Origin: Planctomycetota bacterium
Lineage (GTDB): Bacteria; Planctomycetota; B15-G4; JADJEK01
DNA length: 64,000 bases
Direction of reading: 5' to 3'
Assembly: GCA_044225365.1 (NCBI GenBank)
Contig: JBGAIQ010000001.1
Location: 32,001-96,000, forward strand
Shown: in pieces, positions 59,861-64,000 of the stretch
Numbering within the stretch: position 1 is the first letter of the stretch
Layout of the letters: each line of letters opens with the position of its first letter
Translations under genes and position numbers: made by a program
Notes under the pieces: generated by a model
The model's database searches: none
The model's input: the letters and a program-made list of their open reading frames with translations, nothing else
What the model was told of the DNA's origin: nothing

Positions 59861-59870
59861 GAGAACCAGC

Positions 59871-60197
59871 ATGAACCAGATCGCGCTCGGAATGGTCGAG
59901 ACTCGCGGACTCGTCGGTGCCGTGGAAGCCGCGGACGCCATGGTGAAGGCCGCGAAGGTCACCCTCATCGGCAAGGAGAAGGTCGGCGGGGGATTCACGA
60001 CCGTGATGGTTCGTGGCGAAGTCGGAGCGGTGAAGGCCGCGACCGAGGCTGGCGCAGCCGCCGCGCGACGCGTGGGTGAACTGGTCTCCGTCCACGTGAT
60101 CCCGCGCCCGCATCCCGAGGTCGAGAAGCTCCTGCCGAAGCTCTCCGCGCCCGGCGTGATCGGTGGCAACGACGCCAACGCCGACAACAACGACTGA
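59871..60197 (+). CDS. BMC-H hexameric shell protein (EutM/PduA-like)
   Basis: [44 protein letters not shown]. Confidence 0.97.
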   Translation: MNQIALGMVETRGLVGAVEAADAMVKAAKVTLIGKEKVGGGFTTVMVRGEVGAVKAATEAGAAAARRVGELVSVHVIPRPHPEVEKLLPKLSAPGVIGGNDANADNND

Positions 60198-60236
60198 ACG
60201 GCCTCCTGAACGATCGAACGGAAGGACGCTCTCTCG

Positions 60237-61697
60237 ATGTCCCTGAAAGACGCCGATCTGCTCTCGATCCAGGAGGGCCGCGAACATCTGCGCCGCGCGC
60301 ACGACGCGTTCAAGATCTATCGCAAGTTCGACCAGGCGCGGGTCGATCGCATCACGCTCGCGATGGTGGAGGCGGGAGCCCGCGCGGCCGAGAGTCTCGG
60401 ACGACTCGCGGTCGACGAGACCGGGATCGGCGTCGTTGCGTCGAAGAAGGACAAGAATCTGTTCTCCACGCTGAATGTGTGGGAGGACATCAAGGATCTG
60501 AAGACGTGTGGAGTCGTCCTCCGCGACGAAGCCCGCGGCTTCCATCAGATCGCGGAGCCCTACGGCGTCGTGCTCGCGATCGTGCCGACGACGAATCCTA
60601 CGTCGACCGCGCTCTTCAAGGCGATCATCGCCGCGAAGACTCGCAACGCCATCGTGGTCTCGCCGCACCCGCGCGCCGTGCGCTGCATCGCCGAGTCGGT
60701 GCGGATCGTGCGCGAAGCCGCCGAGCGCAATGGCGCCCCGAGCGGACTCATCGCCTGCATCGAGCGACCGACGATCGAAGGCACGCAGGCCGCGATGCGC
60801 GATCGCAACACCGATCTCATCCTCGCGACGGGCGGGCCGGACCTCGTTCGCGCGGCGTACTCCGCGGGCAAGCCGGCGTACGGCGTCGGTCCCGGCAACG
60901 TCCCCGTGTGGATCGATCGCAGCGCCGATCTTGCGATCGCGGCGAAGGGCGTGGTCGCTTCGCAGACGTTCGACAACGGCACGATCTGCGCGTCCGAGCA
61001 GTCGCTCGTGATCGACGCTCCGATCCACGACGCCATGATGAAGCAGTTCGTCGCGCACGGCGCCTACGTCGTGAACGCGGCCGAGAAGAAGCTCCTCGAG
61101 GGTGTGGTCGCAAAGGGCGGGAGGATGAACCCCGACGTCGTCGGGCAGTATCCCGTGAAGATCGCGAGGATGGCCGGTTTCTCGATCCCCGAGAAGACCA
61201 CCGTGCTGCTCGTGCCGGAGACCGGGGTCGGTCGCGAATTCCCGCTCTCGCTCGAAAAGCTCTGTCCGCTGCTCACGGTATACGTCGCGGACGGTTGGAA
61301 GGCGGGCTGCGAGCGCTGCATCGAAGTGCTCGAGTACGGCGGGCTCGGTCACACGCTCGGGATCTACGCGACGGACACCAAGGTGATCTGGGCGTTCGCC
61401 GAGGAGAAGCCGTCGCATCGCATCATCGTGAACGGTCCGACCTCGCAAGGAGCCGTCGGCTATTCGACGCATCTGCGACCGTCGATGACGCTCGGGTGCG
61501 GCGCGTCCGGCAACAACATCACGTCGGACAACGTGTCGGCGCAGAACCTGATGCTCATGAAGCACGTCGGCTTCACGAAGCCGGGATTCGTCGAGAAGTA
61601 CGTCGTTCCGGCGCGACCGCCCTACATTGGCGCCGTGAGCCCGGGATTCGAGGGTCGCGAGACCTCGTCCGTGCCCGGTCCGTCGCGCCCGAAGTGA
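60237..61697 (+). CDS. CoA-acylating aldehyde dehydrogenase (EutE/PduP/AdhE-N-like)
   Basis: PTTNPTST, SPHP, ATGG, GVGPGN, FDNGTICASEQ (catalytic Cys), EKLCP, GHT, TLGCG..G.N. Confidence 0.95.
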   Translation: MSLKDADLLSIQEGREHLRRAHDAFKIYRKFDQARVDRITLAMVEAGARAAESLGRLAVDETGIGVVASKKDKNLFSTLNVWEDIKDLKTCGVVLRDEARGFHQIAEPYGVVLAIVPTTNPTSTALFKAIIAAKTRNAIVVSPHPRAVRCIAESVRIVREAAERNGAPSGLIACIERPTIEGTQAAMRDRNTDLILATGGPDLVRAAYSAGKPAYGVGPGNVPVWIDRSADLAIAAKGVVASQTFDNGTICASEQSLVIDAPIHDAMMKQFVAHGAYVVNAAEKKLLEGVVAKGGRMNPDVVGQYPVKIARMAGFSIPEKTTVLLVPETGVGREFPLSLEKLCPLLTVYVADGWKAGCERCIEVLEYGGLGHTLGIYATDTKVIWAFAEEKPSHRIIVNGPTSQGAVGYSTHLRPSMTLGCGASGNNITSDNVSAQNLMLMKHVGFTKPGFVEKYVVPARPPYIGAVSPGFEGRETSSVPGPSRPK

Positions 61698-61760
61698 AGT
61701 GAACACAGCATCGATTCGCCCCCAAGGCGGTGAATCGCAGAAACGAGGAGTCCGTCACAC

Positions 61761-62078
<318 letters not shown>

Positions 62079-62714
62079 ATGGCGGGCATCGACCTCCGCA
62101 CCTTCGTCTTCCTCGACGCGATGCAGCCGCAGTTCGCGTCGTACGTCGCGTCGACGGCGAAGGGGTATCTTCCGGTCGCGGGGCAGGCCTCGCTGTGGGT
62201 CGAGATCGCACCCGGGATCGCGATCAATCGCGTGACCGACGTCGCGCTGAAGAGCGACGACGTGCGCCCGGCACTGCAGGTCGTGGAGCGCGCGTTCGGC
62301 GTCCTCGAGATCCACGCGGCCTCGCAATCGTCCGTGCTCTCTGCGGGTCGTGCGATGCTGGACTACCTCGGCGTGAAGGAGACCGATCGACTGCGGCCGC
62401 GAGTGATGTCGTCCGAGATCATCACCGGCGTCGATCACTATCAGACGATGCTGGTCAATCGGTCGCGCATGGGCAACATGCTGCTCGGGGGCGAGACGCT
62501 CTACATCCTCGAGACGCATCCCGCGGCGTATGCCGTGCTCGCCGCGAACGAAGCGGAGAAAGCGGCACCGATCAAATTGATCGACGTGCGACCGATCGGC
62601 GCGTTCGGGCGCCTCTACCTCGGCGGATCCGAGGCGGCGATCCGCGAAGCGGCCGCCGCGGCCGAGCAGGCGCTGGAGAACGTCCAGGGCCGAGCGAACG
62701 ACAACCCGCGTTGA
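62079..62714 (+). CDS. BMC-T double-stacking permuted trimer (BMC-Tdp; CcmP/CsoS1D/Haliangium T2-like)
   Basis: [67 protein letters not shown]. Confidence 0.93.
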   Translation: MAGIDLRTFVFLDAMQPQFASYVASTAKGYLPVAGQASLWVEIAPGIAINRVTDVALKSDDVRPALQVVERAFGVLEIHAASQSSVLSAGRAMLDYLGVKETDRLRPRVMSSEIITGVDHYQTMLVNRSRMGNMLLGGETLYILETHPAAYAVLAANEAEKAAPIKLIDVRPIGAFGRLYLGGSEAAIREAAAAAEQALENVQGRANDNPR

Positions 62715-62745
62715 GCGCCATGGGAACTCCACGAGCCTCCATCGC

Positions 62746-63336
62746 ATGAGCGCCTACGCCCACGAGCCGTGCATCGGACTCCTCGAACTCGCGAGCATCG
62801 CTCGCGGCGTCGAGGTCGTCGATGCGGTGATGAAGGCGGCGAGCGTGGACGTCCTCTTCTCCCGGCCCTTCAGTCCCGGCAAGTATGCGCTGCTCGTCAC
62901 AGGTTCGGTCGACGACGTGCGTTCGGGTCTTCGCGTCGGCGCGGAGATCGCGGGCGAGGACCTGCTCGACGAGATCGTGATCCCGAACATCGCGGACGGC
63001 GTGCTCGCGTGCCTGTCGCGACCGATCGCCGTTCCCGTCCTCGACGCGATCGGAATCGTCGAGACGAGCACGATCGCGTCGACGCTGCTCGCCGCGGACG
63101 CCGCCAGCAAGCGGGGGAGCGTCACGTTGTTCGAGATGCGCTTCGCGCAAGGGATCGGCGGCAAGTCGTACTTCACGCTCACGGGCGAGGTCTCCGACGT
63201 CGAGGCATCGATCCTCGCGGGCGCGGAGTCGGCGCGGGAACGCGGCACGCTGGTTCATCGCGTCGTGGTGCCGCGTCCGCACGAGTCGCTTCGCGATGTG
63301 ATCGCGCGTCACGAGCACCCGCTGGGAGGCTCGTAG
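62746..63336 (+). CDS. BMC-T single-layer trimer (PduT/Haliangium T1-like)
   Basis: IGLLELASIARG...DAVMKAA, PGKY, GIVET, AAD.A.K, GIGGKSY..LTG.V.DV, VVPRPH. Confidence 0.92.
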   Translation: MSAYAHEPCIGLLELASIARGVEVVDAVMKAASVDVLFSRPFSPGKYALLVTGSVDDVRSGLRVGAEIAGEDLLDEIVIPNIADGVLACLSRPIAVPVLDAIGIVETSTIASTLLAADAASKRGSVTLFEMRFAQGIGGKSYFTLTGEVSDVEASILAGAESARERGTLVHRVVVPRPHESLRDVIARHEHPLGGS

Positions 63337-63339
63337 GCG

Positions 63340-63942
63340 ATGGCAGCGCGCTTGATCACGGAAGCGGACGTGCGCGAAGGACGGGCGGGAAATCCGATCG
63401 TCGTCGATGCAGGCACCGTCATCACGCCTTCCGCGCTCGACGCCGCCCACGCGCGCGGCATCGCGGTCGAGTATCGGCGGGACGCGCCTCGCTTTGGCTC
63501 GAATGCGACGCCCATCGCGAACTCCACGCCCGCGGCCCCCGCGCCCTCGCCACGAGACGAGCATTCGGCTTCCGAACTCGATCTCGCCGCGCCGCCGCTG
63601 GTGAAGGCGTGCGGCTGCGAGACCGCGGGCAAGTGCGGGTGCCGCAGCGAGCCGATCTGCTCGAAGCCGCCATCGCCCGAGGTGCGGCCTTCGGAATCGA
63701 AGAGCACGCGCGAGTCGGATTGGTCGCTCGTCTTGCGCGACCGCGGGAGTCGCTTCGACGCCTCGGCGTTCCAAGAAACCGGTGGTACCGGCGAGCGGCG
63801 GGGGGCGAGTCCCGCGTCTCTCGGCCGCGCCGTCCTCACGATCGATCTCTCGGCGGGCGGGCTCGACGCGGCGATCCGCGCGCTGAAAGCGCTGCAGGCC
63901 GCGGGGCTCGATGTCGGCGTCGAATTGCGCAAGGATGCATAG
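63340..63942 (+). CDS. BMC-associated hypothetical protein (ITExDV...ITPSAxD N-domain, Cys cluster, C-terminal amphipathic segment)
   Basis: Starts 3 nt after the BMC-T stop; LITEADV...GTVITPSALDAA..RGI.V module; CGCETAGKCGC..PIC. Confidence 0.7.
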   Translation: MAARLITEADVREGRAGNPIVVDAGTVITPSALDAAHARGIAVEYRRDAPRFGSNATPIANSTPAAPAPSPRDEHSASELDLAAPPLVKACGCETAGKCGCRSEPICSKPPSPEVRPSESKSTRESDWSLVLRDRGSRFDASAFQETGGTGERRGASPASLGRAVLTIDLSAGGLDAAIRALKALQAAGLDVGVELRKDA

Positions 63943-64000
63943 TCGCAGTTTGACGCAGGCCGGACTCCAGCGTGGAGAGGTCGTGGAACCCGAAGTATGA

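Overview
High-GC, gene-dense, mostly housekeeping chromosomal segment of a diderm (LPS-making) bacterium. A Planctomycetota/PVC assignment is my inference from the groEL-groES-groEL-dnaJ-grpE order, the NPCBM and beta-propeller secreted proteins, the FHA-sigma54/STPK signalling and the style of MreB. In order it holds: a RedB-like protein plus hybrid kinase; a heat-shock operon ending in a Zn-ribbon and a radical-SAM gene; radC; an MFS transporter; yidC; an nrdR-(dead nrdD-like)-smc operon preceded by tandem NrdR-box-like sites; a candidate sRNA with CU-rich loops; lpxL-like/DHS-like/hldE; an FHA-GAF-sigma54 activator plus Ser/Thr kinase; gpmI; tRNA-Ala(CGC); an RND pump; moeA; lnt; a coiled-coil plus 55-aa membrane protein module; a remodelled mreBCD-mrdA-rodA cluster; a family III CoA-transferase; and the start of a bacterial microcompartment (BMC) locus that runs off the window end. 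I saw no CRISPR array, integrase, transposase or prophage. Best leads: the NrdD pseudo-enzyme operon, the sRNA, the coiled-coil/small-protein module beside mreB, and the BMC locus with its structured leader. All product calls come from motif recognition by eye; no database searches were run.
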